DNA from: an uncultured Acidobacteriaceae bacterium
GTDB lineage: Bacteria; Acidobacteriota; Terriglobia; Terriglobales; Acidobacteriaceae
DNA: 64,000 nt
Assembly: GCA_963838015.1 (NCBI GenBank)
Contig: CAWIPG010000007.1
Coordinates: forward strand, 114,867 to 178,866
Direction: 5' to 3'
Position 1 is the stretch's first letter. Every line of letters begins with the position of its first letter. A program made the translations under genes and the position numbers. This document shows positions 18,588 to 28,273 of this stretch, one piece after another. Below the pieces are notes generated by a model. That model ran no database searches, was not told the origin of the DNA, and was given only the letters and a program-made list of their open reading frames with translations.

Positions 18588-19375
18588 TGCCGTGCTCCAT
18601 CTGCTGCAACTTGCCCAGACAATACGGAACTCGATTCGTCGCCGATCAGTTTGCCATCCGCCAGAAAGATGAGGCGCTGCGCGTAACGCTCTGCTAAAGC
18701 ACGTTCGTGCGTTACCATCACCACCGTCATTCCCAGTTGCTGGTTGAATTCGCGGACCATATTCATGATTTCAGTTCCGGTGCGACTATCGAGATTTCCG
18801 GTGGGCTCGTCGGCCAGCAGAAGCTGCGGCCGGTTAATGAGAGCTCGTGCCAGAGCTGCACGCTGTTGTTCTCCGCCGGAAAGTTCGCTGGGGCGATGGT
18901 TCATACGTGCCTGCAAGCCAACTCGCGTCAGCGCCTCGCGCGCAAGAGTATCGCGCTTTGCGCGCTCGAGCTCCGCAAAGCGCATGGGCAGCTCCACGTT
19001 TTCCGCGAGCGTCATGCTGGCAATCAGATTGAACGATTGAAAAACCATGCCCACGGTATGCAGGCGGTATTTGGCGAGTTCTTCGCGCGACATTTGTGCG
19101 AGATCGCGTTCGTTCACCACCACGCTGCCCGAAGTAGGTCTATCCAGGCCAGCGATCAGATTTAGCACCGAAGATTTTCCCGAGCCCGAGCTGCCGAGAA
19201 GAGCGACGAATTCTCCGGCGTTCACTTTGAGCGTTACGCCATCGACGGCGCGAATGACGGTCTCGCCCATGCGATAGTGGCGGCAAAGCTGTTCCACCAA
19301 AATCGCCGGGGCGCCGGGCATCGCAGCATTGTTTGTCACAGCCGCGTTCTGAGGAAATGACCCCATATTACTCAT
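18584..19375 (-). CDS. ABC transporter ATP-binding protein (LolD/MacB type)
   Basis: Walker A GSSGSGKSS, signature LSGGEQQR and Walker B LLLADEPTG. Confidence 0.9.
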   Translation of the reverse strand: MSNMGSFPQNAAVTNNAAMPGAPAILVEQLCRHYRMGETVIRAVDGVTLKVNAGEFVALLGSSGSGKSSVLNLIAGLDRPTSGSVVVNERDLAQMSREELAKYRLHTVGMVFQSFNLIASMTLAENVELPMRFAELERAKRDTLAREALTRVGLQARMNHRPSELSGGEQQRAALARALINRPQLLLADEPTGNLDSRTGTEIMNMVREFNQQLGMTVVMVTHERALAERYAQRLIFLADGKLIGDESSSVLSGQVAADGARQ

Positions 19376-19378
19376 GTG

Positions 19379-21286
19379 CTAGCGAACCTCTCCTTTGAGA
19401 ACGCGCAATGCGTCCGCCGACTTTACATCGCCATTGCGCGCCGGGCCTGAGCTGCCGTTTCCATCCTTTACTTCAAGCGCGTCCCCCTCGCCGGGAGCAA
19501 GAAATAAGTTATCTTCCACGCCATGCTGACGAGTGTAGAGATCGTAGTAGCGGCCTCGCGCGGCGTAGAGTTGCTCATGGGTGCCGCGCTCCACGATTTG
19601 TCCCCGCTCCATCACCAGAATCTGGTCAGCGCGGCGGATGGTCGAAAGCCGGTGCGCAATCACAAACGTGGTCCGGCCCTGCATCAAGTAAGAAAGTCCG
19701 TGCTGGATCATCTGCTCCGATTCCGAGTCGAGACTGGAAGTCGCTTCGTCAAGAATCAGGATGCGCGGTTCGGCTAAAATCGCGCGCGCAATCGAAATCC
19801 GCTGCCGCTGGCCGCCGGAGAGCTTTACGCCGCGCTCGCCGACCACTGTGTCATATTTTTCGGCAAATGATTCGGCGAATTCATCCACGCGCGCAATCCT
19901 GCAAGCGCGCAGGATTTCTTCTTCGCTCGCGTCCGGGCGCGAAAACGCGACATTCTCGCGAATGGTTCCATCGAACAAAAATGATTCCTGCAGCACGACT
20001 CCGAGGCGCGTGCGGTAAGAGTCGAGCCGAACCGTGCTCAGGTCCGTGCCATCCACCAGAATTGTGCCTTTCGTTGGAACGTAAAAAGCGGAGATCAGGC
20101 CGATGGTTGTAGATTTTCCCGAGCCGGAGGAGCCGACCAGCGCCGTCACCGTGCCCGGTTCGGCACGGAAAGAAAGATCGTGCAGAACCAAGTGAACGCC
20201 ATCGTAGCTGAAACTCACATCGTCGAACTCGATGCGGCCAACGATATCGCGCAGAAAAACGGAGCGTCTGGGGTCCTGATCCTCCGGTCGCTCGCGCATA
20301 ATTTCCTGTGTTCGCTCGAGCCCCGCCAGCGCCTCGGTGAGCTGGGTGCCGATGGAAACGATCTGCATGATGGGCGCAACCAGAAAGCCTAGCAACAAGG
20401 TGTAGGAAACAAATCCTCCGACGGTCAGCGTTCCCGCAGCAATCTGATGCGCGCCCACATACATGGTGACCGCGCCCACACACCCGAGCAGAACGCTGGC
20501 GGAAAGGCTCATGACGGAAGTTGCGGTCAGCGTGCGCATCACGTTATCGAGCAGGCGGTGCACACCCGCGGCGAACGTCGCTTCTTCGCGCTGTTCAGCG
20601 TGGTAGCCCTTGATCACGCGCACCCCGCCCAGCGATTCGGTGAGCCGGCCGGTGACTTCGGCATTGATTTTCCCGCGCTCGCGAAAAATCGGCCGGATGG
20701 TCGCGAACGCTTTATTCAACGCAAGGCCAAAACATACCAGCGAGCCGACTGCGATCAGCGTCATCTGCACGCTGGTGCGGAGCAACAAAACCAGCGCTAT
20801 TCCTGAGGTGACCATACCTCCGACAAAGTCCACTAGCCCCGTGCCCAGCAGGTTGCGCACGCCTTCCACATCGCTCATGATGCGCGAAACGAGACTGCCG
20901 GTTTTGTTGACGTCGTAAAAAGCCACCGGCAGGCGCGAGATATGAACCTGCACCTGTTCGCGCAACTCAGTGATCAGGCGCTGCGCCGCTTTCGATAAAG
21001 ATTGCGTCAAAGAAAAAGAAGTGACGCCCTGCACCACAGTAGCTCCTAATACAAACAAAACCAGCGGCTGCAATTTATCGATGCGGTGCTTGTTGATGAC
21101 GGTGTCGATGAGAAACTTGGTGGAATATGGCAGCACCAGCGCCGCCACGCGGTTGATGATCATCAACCCGAAGCCCAGCGCCAGTATCCCGCGCCGGGGA
21201 CGCATCAGCTTCCAGACTTCCGGCAGAACGGCCTTGAGTCTTTCTACTTTCGGAGGTTTCGGGGGCTGCTTGGGATCGGTACTCAA
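19379..21286 (-). CDS. ABC exporter, fused permease/ATPase (MsbA-like type I exporter)
   Basis: Six-TM N-terminal half, GSSGSGKST, LSGGQRQR and ILILDEATS. Confidence 0.9.
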   Translation of the reverse strand: MSTDPKQPPKPPKVERLKAVLPEVWKLMRPRRGILALGFGLMIINRVAALVLPYSTKFLIDTVINKHRIDKLQPLVLFVLGATVVQGVTSFSLTQSLSKAAQRLITELREQVQVHISRLPVAFYDVNKTGSLVSRIMSDVEGVRNLLGTGLVDFVGGMVTSGIALVLLLRTSVQMTLIAVGSLVCFGLALNKAFATIRPIFRERGKINAEVTGRLTESLGGVRVIKGYHAEQREEATFAAGVHRLLDNVMRTLTATSVMSLSASVLLGCVGAVTMYVGAHQIAAGTLTVGGFVSYTLLLGFLVAPIMQIVSIGTQLTEALAGLERTQEIMRERPEDQDPRRSVFLRDIVGRIEFDDVSFSYDGVHLVLHDLSFRAEPGTVTALVGSSGSGKSTTIGLISAFYVPTKGTILVDGTDLSTVRLDSYRTRLGVVLQESFLFDGTIRENVAFSRPDASEEEILRACRIARVDEFAESFAEKYDTVVGERGVKLSGGQRQRISIARAILAEPRILILDEATSSLDSESEQMIQHGLSYLMQGRTTFVIAHRLSTIRRADQILVMERGQIVERGTHEQLYAARGRYYDLYTRQHGVEDNLFLAPGEGDALEVKDGNGSSGPARNGDVKSADALRVLKGEVR

Positions 21287-21336
21287 TCCTTAATTGGACT
21301 CCGCCGGGCCTGCATTCGCTTCATTATTACTGCATT

Positions 21337-22719
21337 GTGACACGTCCGGGCCAGCCGTTGTATCCTCGGGGCGTGCCACGTCCGCCTTCGCCGGAGCGCT
21401 CTCCAACCCTGGGCTTGTTGCTCGGCCTGATCGTTACGCTTGCGGCTGTGATAGCTTACTCCGCTTATATCACCTGGCAGATTGCCGGTTTGCGCAAGCT
21501 GCAGTCCGAATTGATCGATCGCAATCGCAAGGATTCTTTGCAGTTGCTGCGCATCCAGAATGATCTGAATCTGCTCGCCGTTGCCATGCGCGACATGATC
21601 GACAACGACGAACCGTATCCGCTCACGGCGTGGTCGGCGCAATTCCAGCGCATCCGCACCGACTTGGATGATGCTATGCGGATTGAGGCCGCTTTGGCTC
21701 CCACCAGCCGCACGCTGGAGCAGAGCGCCTCGCTCAGCAGTTCGCTCACGCAATTCTGGGATGCGGTTGATCGCGTTTTCATGCTTGCGAGTTCGGGGCA
21801 GGACAAGGATGCGAGGGCGCAGATTCAGCTTTCGTTGCAGGCGCGGCAAGCGGCTTTGAGTACGACCGTGGCTCGTTTGCTGGTGCAAAACAGCGAGAAC
21901 GAAGAGCAGGCCGCGCAGCGCATTGTGCAGATTTACGATCGCGTGCAGCGGCAAGTTTATGTGTTTCTTGCGGCGACGCTGGCTGCGATTCTGCTGACGG
22001 GATTTTCCATGATCCGGTGGAACCGGCAACTGTTTGCGCGCATGGTGGAGCTTTCGGAACGCCGCAGCGAACTGGCGCAGAAGCTGATTGCTACGCAGGA
22101 ATCGACGCTGCGTTATATTTCGCGCGAACTGCACGACGAGTTTGGGCAGATTCTCACCGCTATCGGATCGATGCTTGGACGCGCTGGAAGCCATGCTCCG
22201 GAAGGCTCGTCTCTACGCGCTGATTTGCAGGAGGTCCGGCAGATCGCGCAGGATACGCTGGATCGCGTGCGAAGTTTGTCGCAGGCGCTGCATCCCGTGA
22301 TGCTCGACGAGGCCGGCCTTGAGGCTACTCTCGACTGGTATATCCCAACCGTGGAAAGGCAGACCGGAATTGCCATATCCTATGAGAAGCAGGGCCAGCC
22401 GTTCGAGATGGACGGTAGTGCGGCGGTGCAGGTTTATCGCGTATTGCAGGAAGCGCTGAACAACACGGCGCGACACTCTGGCGCGAAGCAGGCATGGGTG
22501 CGATTGCGTTTTCTGCCTGCGATGCTGGAGTTGGAAGTGGAAGATCATGGTGTAGGTTTCAGCGGACGCCCGGTGAAGCAGGGCATTGGACTGGTTGCGA
22601 TGCGTGAGCGCGCTGAATTGATGGGAGGGAGCATCGTATTTTCTACTCCCGCTGAGGGCGGAACGCTGCTGCACTTGATGGTGCCGCGAGAAAAAGTTGA
22701 GGCTCGCGAGAAAGAATAG
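21337..22719 (+). CDS. sensor histidine kinase (HisKA_3 / NarX-DesK type)
   Basis: Two TM segments, ELHDEFGQILTAI H-box and HATPase_c (VEDHGVGF...GIGLVAMRERA). GTG start; exact start uncertain. Confidence 0.85.
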   Translation: MTRPGQPLYPRGVPRPPSPERSPTLGLLLGLIVTLAAVIAYSAYITWQIAGLRKLQSELIDRNRKDSLQLLRIQNDLNLLAVAMRDMIDNDEPYPLTAWSAQFQRIRTDLDDAMRIEAALAPTSRTLEQSASLSSSLTQFWDAVDRVFMLASSGQDKDARAQIQLSLQARQAALSTTVARLLVQNSENEEQAAQRIVQIYDRVQRQVYVFLAATLAAILLTGFSMIRWNRQLFARMVELSERRSELAQKLIATQESTLRYISRELHDEFGQILTAIGSMLGRAGSHAPEGSSLRADLQEVRQIAQDTLDRVRSLSQALHPVMLDEAGLEATLDWYIPTVERQTGIAISYEKQGQPFEMDGSAAVQVYRVLQEALNNTARHSGAKQAWVRLRFLPAMLELEVEDHGVGFSGRPVKQGIGLVAMRERAELMGGSIVFSTPAEGGTLLHLMVPREKVEAREKE

Positions 22720-22738
22720 AAGAGCTGAACACAACGAT

Positions 22739-23368
22739 ATGACAAAAAAGATCACAGTATTGTTGGTGGATGACCACAGCCTGGTGCGGCGGGGATTTCG
22801 GCGCATGTTGGAAGATGAAGCGGATATGGTCGTCGTCGGCGAAGCTGGCGATGGTGAAGAAGCCGCGAAGCTGGCGCGCGAGTTGAAGCCGCAAGTTGTG
22901 GTGATGGATTGCGCTTTACCTAAGATGAACGGGCTGGATGCTACACGGGAGATTCTCGAGGACTTGCCCGATACCGCCGTGCTCATGCTCAGCATGCATT
23001 CGGAGAGTACCTGGGTGCGGCAGGCGATCGACGCCGGCGCCAAGGGATACATTCTGAAGAACGCGATGAATCTGGAGCTGGGACCGGCCGTGCGGCGCGT
23101 GGCTGGCGGAGAAACTATTTTTGATCCGCAGGTGGAGCAGCAGTCGGCTCTCAAAGGCGAGCGCAGCAGCGGGCTTACGCCGCGCGAGCTCGAAGTCTTG
23201 CAGATGATTGTCGACGGCAAATCGAACAAAGAAATCGCAGCGGTGCTTGATCTCAGCGCCAACACGGTTGCGGTGCATCGCGCCAATATCATGAATGCGC
23301 TCGGCATTCACAAAACTGCCGAGCTTGTCGTTTACGCTATTCGCTCCGGGCTGGTGAATGTTCCGTGA
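22739..23368 (+). CDS. NarL/LuxR-family response regulator
   Basis: ITVLLVDDHSLVR...VVVMDCALPKMNG and LTPRELEVLQMIVDGKSNKEIAAVLDLSANTVAVHRANIM. Confidence 0.9.
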   Translation: MTKKITVLLVDDHSLVRRGFRRMLEDEADMVVVGEAGDGEEAAKLARELKPQVVVMDCALPKMNGLDATREILEDLPDTAVLMLSMHSESTWVRQAIDAGAKGYILKNAMNLELGPAVRRVAGGETIFDPQVEQQSALKGERSSGLTPRELEVLQMIVDGKSNKEIAAVLDLSANTVAVHRANIMNALGIHKTAELVVYAIRSGLVNVP

Positions 23369-25107
23369 ATCCATGGAATCAGGGTTTGGCGAACCCATTT
23401 TTGACGAGTAGAAGATCCTTTCTGCGCGGCATGGCTGGGCTCGTATCCTTCTCACAGTTGCCGCTGCTGCGGGCTTTGGGCGTGGGAGGCGTACCGGTGG
23501 CGTCGCCCGGCTTTCGCTTTGCCGATGTAACTTCCAGCGCCGGTATTCAGTTTCAGCACAATAGCGGAGCATTCGGTGGCAAGTTTCTGCCGGAGACTCT
23601 GGGCTCGGGCTGCGCCTTCCTCGATTACGATCGCGACGGCTGGCAGGATATTCTCCTCATCAATGGAATGGATTGGCCCGGTCACAAGCAGCGCCATTCA
23701 ACGCTGCGTCTCTATCGCAACAACCGCAACGGTACTTTCACCGACGTTACTTCGCACGCCGGGCTCGACGTTGAAATGTATGGCATGGGCGTGGCCGTGG
23801 GCGATTATGACAACGACGGGTTCCCGGACATTCTCGTAACCTGCGTGGGGCAGAATCGTCTATTCCACAACACCGGCAAGGGAGCCTTTACGGATGTGAC
23901 CAACACCAGCGGCCTGGGAAAGCGCATGGCGTTCAGCACGTCCGCACTGTGGTTTGATTACGATCGCGACGGTCTGCTTGATCTTTTTGTTTGCAACTAC
24001 GTGAAGTGGTCACCCGAGCACGATGTGTTTTGCAGCCTCGATGGCAAGCATAAATCGTATTGCACTCCGGAGGCGTATCGCGGCGAGACCTGCTGGCTCT
24101 TTCATAATCGCGGCAACGGAACATTCGAAGACGTCACCGCGTCCAGCGGAATTTTCGATAGCAGTTCGAAATCTCTTGGTGTTGCCATGCTGGATGAAGA
24201 CCAGAGCGGCTGGCCTGATCTGCTGGTGGCGAATGACACGCAACCGAACAAGCTGTACCGCAACCAGCGCAACGGAACTTTCAAAGATGCCGCGGTTGAA
24301 GCTGGGCTCGCCTTCAGTAGCGAAGGCAAGGCACGAGCAGGCATGGGCGTGGACGTAGCTGATTTCACGAACTCTGGCCACGCTGGAGTAGCGATTACAA
24401 ATTTCGACAACGAGATGACTGGTCTGTACGAGTTCGGAGGCAAGAGCTACGAAGATGTTGCGGCGCAGGCTGGGGTGGGTTTGGCGTCGAAGAACAGCTT
24501 GGGCTTCGGATGTGCTTTTCTCGATGCGAATCTCGATGGCTGGCTCGATCTTGCCGTGGCCAACGGACACATCGACGAAACGGTGCGCAACATTCGCGGC
24601 AACGTGGGCTATGCGCAGCCGCCGCTCTTGTTTCTCAACAATGGCAAAGGAAGTTTTCGCGACGTTGCAACCGAAGCGGGCAGCGGCTTCGCTCAGCCGA
24701 AAGTCGGACGTGGCCTGGCCTACGGTGATTTCGATCGCGATGGTGATCTCGATTTGTTGCTGACCACCAACAACGGTCCAGCTTATCTTTATCGAAATGA
24801 CCAGCTCGCGGGAAATCGCAGCATTCGTTTCCGGCTTGTCGGCACCAAGTCGAATCGCGATGGAATCGGCGGCACCGTGCATATTGTGTCTGGCGGCTTG
24901 AGTCAGTGGCGCATGGTGAAGAGTGGTTCCAGTTATTTATCGCAATCTGAGCTTCCGGTTACGTTCGGATTGGAGAAGCGGGATCGGGTGGAGCGCGTCG
25001 TCGTCACGTGGCCCAGCGGCCGAGTAGAAGAGTTTCAGAATCTGGCGGCGGGACGGTGCTATGAATGCACTGAGGGAAAAGGTATTTCGCCGCTGGATGG
25101 ATATTGA
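23365..25107 (+). CDS. CRTAC1-family protein (FG-GAP/VCBS repeats + ASPIC/UnbV domain), Tat-like signal
   Basis: SRRSFLRG N-terminus, repeated D-x-D-x-DG-x-D-L motifs, and C-terminal SGSSYLSQSE...VTWPSGRVEEF. The GTG start overlaps the regulator stop (GTGA). Confidence 0.8.
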   Translation: MNPWNQGLANPFLTSRRSFLRGMAGLVSFSQLPLLRALGVGGVPVASPGFRFADVTSSAGIQFQHNSGAFGGKFLPETLGSGCAFLDYDRDGWQDILLINGMDWPGHKQRHSTLRLYRNNRNGTFTDVTSHAGLDVEMYGMGVAVGDYDNDGFPDILVTCVGQNRLFHNTGKGAFTDVTNTSGLGKRMAFSTSALWFDYDRDGLLDLFVCNYVKWSPEHDVFCSLDGKHKSYCTPEAYRGETCWLFHNRGNGTFEDVTASSGIFDSSSKSLGVAMLDEDQSGWPDLLVANDTQPNKLYRNQRNGTFKDAAVEAGLAFSSEGKARAGMGVDVADFTNSGHAGVAITNFDNEMTGLYEFGGKSYEDVAAQAGVGLASKNSLGFGCAFLDANLDGWLDLAVANGHIDETVRNIRGNVGYAQPPLLFLNNGKGSFRDVATEAGSGFAQPKVGRGLAYGDFDRDGDLDLLLTTNNGPAYLYRNDQLAGNRSIRFRLVGTKSNRDGIGGTVHIVSGGLSQWRMVKSGSSYLSQSELPVTFGLEKRDRVERVVVTWPSGRVEEFQNLAAGRCYECTEGKGISPLDGY

Positions 25108-25205
25108 TTGCTAGCCGCAGCGTAGTTTGGCCCTTACGGCGGCGTGCTGCTGCACGCAATTGGCGGGCGGGGCGCCCGCCCTACAAGATTCTTTCTCGAA
25201 TATTT

Positions 25206-25820
25206 TTAAGGGCGAGTTAGGGTTCCTGATGCAACCACGTCGATATCGACCGATTCGTTCACTCGCAAAAATAATGTGCTCGGATTTTTCATCCCCCAAT
25301 TCACGTAAGGCACTGCGAAGTGAAGGGTCGCGGTCCAGTGATCGGTAGTCATCTCAACTTCGGCTGGGACTGTTATTTCATGGTCCGATCCGTGGATGTT
25401 GAAAATTCCGTGGACCTTCACGGAAGACTTCCCTTGCGGCAACATGGTTCCATCAACGCGATCGGGGCGGAATGTGATTTCTGGATAGCGATCGCTCTCC
25501 AGCACTTCGCGATGCATTTTCCGGTCGCGCATACTGGTGCCGCTATCGCCGCTCTTGGCATCCACGACAATTTCGCCCGAGAGTTTCCGTGAAGCTGGAT
25601 CAAGTTGTAGAGAGCCACGCAGCAAATGAAATGTCCCGTGAACCGTATGGAGCACGTCGCCGAGTGTGAAAGCAACGGCGGTGTGCTGAGGATCCAGCTG
25701 GAACGCCACATCCTGCGCCGCAGCGGCAATGATCGCGAGCGCGAGAAATAAAATCGCCGCCAGGGACGAACGGCGCACCCGATCTCGGAGAAATCCCTGC
25801 ATCCGTCCCATCATTATCAT
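25206..25820 (-). CDS. YceI family (lipid/polyisoprenoid-binding) periplasmic protein
   Basis: Signal peptide, HTAVAFTLG...VHGTF...DSGTSMRDRKMHREVLESDRYPEITF. Confidence 0.75.
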   Translation of the reverse strand: MIMMGRMQGFLRDRVRRSSLAAILFLALAIIAAAAQDVAFQLDPQHTAVAFTLGDVLHTVHGTFHLLRGSLQLDPASRKLSGEIVVDAKSGDSGTSMRDRKMHREVLESDRYPEITFRPDRVDGTMLPQGKSSVKVHGIFNIHGSDHEITVPAEVEMTTDHWTATLHFAVPYVNWGMKNPSTLFLRVNESVDIDVVASGTLTRP

Positions 25821-25823
25821 GAG

Positions 25824-26981
25824 TTATGCAGTCAGCAGTCCCCACCCCAGAGTGAGCCCGTCGAGAGCGAGATGGAATGGCGAAAGACTTCCCACGTGCA
25901 AGGCGAGCAGTCTACGAAAAATTTCAGGCCGCTGACGAAAAATCTGAAGAACGCGCCGCTGCAAACGGGGCCGTCCGTCAAGCAGGAGCATCAACCGCGC
26001 CATCAACAGCGGACGCCGCGCCAGACGGCGGTGCGCAGCATGATATCCAGCGAGGCTACCCGAGGCGAGGCGGGTTGCCAGTACAGTCGCCTGGCGAAAC
26101 GCCAGGCCAAGACCTTCGCCGGTAATCGCATCGACCGTGCCGGAAGCGTCGCCGATCAGCGCAATATTTTTTCGCCACACACGCTTCAGCTTGCGATTGG
26201 CAGAGAGCGCACCCCGTTCAGTTGAGACGGCCTCAGCCCCGCGAAGCCGGGCATTAAGCTCGGGCAATGCGCGCAAGGATTCTTCCAGGCGAAGTTGTGG
26301 GTTGCGCGAGGCTACCGCGATGCAGACCTGCTCATTGTTCACCGCAGTGGCATAACCCTGAGCGTGCTCGCCCCAATAGATTTCCATGCGGTCGGTCCAG
26401 GGCGGAATGCGATAGTGTCGGCGAAAAGCGTACCGGATGCCAGTTTGCGAGCAGGCGTCGAGCTTCGCCCAGCGGCGGACTCTTGAGTTGACGCCATCGG
26501 CGCCAATAATCCAGCGGGTGCGAATCGCGCGCTTTCCCAGATGGACTTCCTGACTTGAACTCGAGCTTCCCAGACTTGAAATTCCAGTGACTGCGCTCTG
26601 CCAAAGTAGATCAATCCCCAGCTCGGCGGCGCGTTCGATCATGATGCGATGCAGTACCGTTCGGCGAATTGAGAGGCCGCAGCTATTGCCAGAAAAGGGT
26701 GCTCCTGCTGACAACTCGGAACCGAGAAAGCGCACGCCGCGAAGTGGGCACGCCTCTGCCGCAGGCACGGCAATGCCCAGCTGTTCCAGCGCCGCAATCG
26801 CATCCGGCATCAGCGCTTCACCGCAGGCCTTGTCAATCGGAGGCTTGGCGCCGTCGGCGACCAGAACTCGCAACCCCTGCTGGCGGGCGGCAATTGCTGC
26901 CGCCAGTCCGGCCGGACCGCCGCCGATCACGAATACATCTGTCGAATCTGTCGAATCGGGCAAACCCCGCGCCCTCACCAT
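25824..26981 (-). CDS. FAD-dependent oxidoreductase (geranylgeranyl-reductase / aromatic hydroxylase-like)
   Basis: VFVIGGGPAGLAAAI, GADGVNSRVR and IGDASGTVDAITGEG. Overlaps the PKS gene by 7 nt. Confidence 0.8.
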   Translation of the reverse strand: MVRARGLPDSTDSTDVFVIGGGPAGLAAAIAARQQGLRVLVADGAKPPIDKACGEALMPDAIAALEQLGIAVPAAEACPLRGVRFLGSELSAGAPFSGNSCGLSIRRTVLHRIMIERAAELGIDLLWQSAVTGISSLGSSSSSQEVHLGKRAIRTRWIIGADGVNSRVRRWAKLDACSQTGIRYAFRRHYRIPPWTDRMEIYWGEHAQGYATAVNNEQVCIAVASRNPQLRLEESLRALPELNARLRGAEAVSTERGALSANRKLKRVWRKNIALIGDASGTVDAITGEGLGLAFRQATVLATRLASGSLAGYHAAHRRLARRPLLMARLMLLLDGRPRLQRRVLQIFRQRPEIFRRLLALHVGSLSPFHLALDGLTLGWGLLTA

Positions 26982-28069
26982 TCCAGAAGTATCAGCTCAG
27001 AACAAAAGCCGGGTCCCATTGCGGCAAGCAGACCCAGCGTTCCCGGTTCAGGGCGCCGGTTTTTCATCACGTCTTCCAACACGCACAACACCGATGCGGA
27101 AGAAAGATTTCCCACCTTGCGCAGGCAATCCCAAGAGGCATCGAGCTGCCCGTTGTGCAATCCGAGCGCGTCGGCCGATGCATCGAGCACCTTCGGTCCG
27201 CCGGTGTGCAGAACGAAGCTCTTCAGATCGCTTCGCTGGCGGCCGTTGTCGGCCAGAAACGCGTCCACGTCCCGCCCCAGATTTTTTCGAATCAGGGTGG
27301 GGACTTCCGTAGACAATATGATGCGGAAGCCTTTCTCAGAGATGTTCCAGCCCATCATGTCTTCTGTGCTGGGATAGAAGACCGAGCGGGTAGCGATAAT
27401 CTTAGGCCCGTGAATCTTAGCTCCGGGAATCGCGGGCTCGTGATTGTCATCGTCGACCGGTTGAAATTCTGAACCGGTCACAATCACAGCGGCAGCGCCG
27501 TCGGCGAAAAGTCCGGAGGAGATGAGGTTTGCGACCGACAAATCTTCGCGCTGCAGCGTGAGCGAGCAAAGCTCAACCGACACCAACGCCGCGGCCTGCT
27601 TGGGATAGGCGCGAACATAATCCGAGGCGCGCGCGATTCCGGCGGCGCCAGCTACGCATCCCAGGCCAAAAATTGGCGTGCGGCGAATGTTTTTGGGAAG
27701 ATTCATCCGGTTGATCAGCAGCGCGTCGATGGATGGGCTGGCGACTCCGGTGACCGTGGTGAAGAGCAACGCTCCCAAGTCCTCCGGCCTAAGTCCGGCA
27801 TTCTGCAACGCGACGCAGAGGGCCTGCTCACCCAACTCCTGCGCGACCCTGATCCAAATGTCGTTGGCCTGTCCCCAGGTTTTGATATCGACATACTGCT
27901 CGGCAGGGACCGCGAGGTAGCGGCCGTCCACGGTTACGTTGCGGTGCAGCCGCGCCAGCAGGAGAGGGTTTTTGAGTTGGTCTCCCCAATAATCCTGGAG
28001 CCGGTCGAGTAGAACCTTCTGGGTATAGTAATGCTTCGGAAAAGCGCTTGCAGCGCTTGCAATCCTCAT
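26975..28069 (-). CDS. type III polyketide synthase (chalcone/stilbene synthase family)
   Basis: Catalytic Cys in FGLGCVAGAAG, His in VLHTGGPKV and Asn in GNLSSASV. Length 364 aa. Confidence 0.9.
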   Translation of the reverse strand: MRIASAASAFPKHYYTQKVLLDRLQDYWGDQLKNPLLLARLHRNVTVDGRYLAVPAEQYVDIKTWGQANDIWIRVAQELGEQALCVALQNAGLRPEDLGALLFTTVTGVASPSIDALLINRMNLPKNIRRTPIFGLGCVAGAAGIARASDYVRAYPKQAAALVSVELCSLTLQREDLSVANLISSGLFADGAAAVIVTGSEFQPVDDDNHEPAIPGAKIHGPKIIATRSVFYPSTEDMMGWNISEKGFRIILSTEVPTLIRKNLGRDVDAFLADNGRQRSDLKSFVLHTGGPKVLDASADALGLHNGQLDASWDCLRKVGNLSSASVLCVLEDVMKNRRPEPGTLGLLAAMGPGFCSELILLEW

Positions 28070-28273
28070 TGGAGCTCAGACTCCTGAAGTCAGACTCGGC
28101 ACGAATTAGCCCCAAGCTTAACGAATCGAGAGAGCTGTCCAGATTCGACCACTTGGCTCTCCTTGGATGCGGGTAGCGGCCGGCATTTACATTGTCGCAG
28201 AGTTTAACGCTTTTATTCGTTTCCGGCTAGTAAAAGTGAACCGGTCGGCTGGACTTTGTGCCGCGCTCGCTCT

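Noticed and set aside
22213-23307. Long antisense ORFs: this one, plus 10108-10914, 24010-24882, 35484-36275, 51257-52192, 60252-60968, 61472-62305 and 47369-48034.
   Set aside because: Each lies opposite a gene with clear domain content and has an Arg/Ser/Pro/His-rich, low-complexity translation. These are typical shadow ORFs of high-GC DNA.
25162-25180. GC-rich hairpin GGCGGGC-N5-GCCCGCC between convergent genes 23365-25107 and 25206-25820, as a bidirectional terminator.
   Set aside because: Plausible, but the stem is short and there is no U-tract on either strand. It is too weak to list as a feature.
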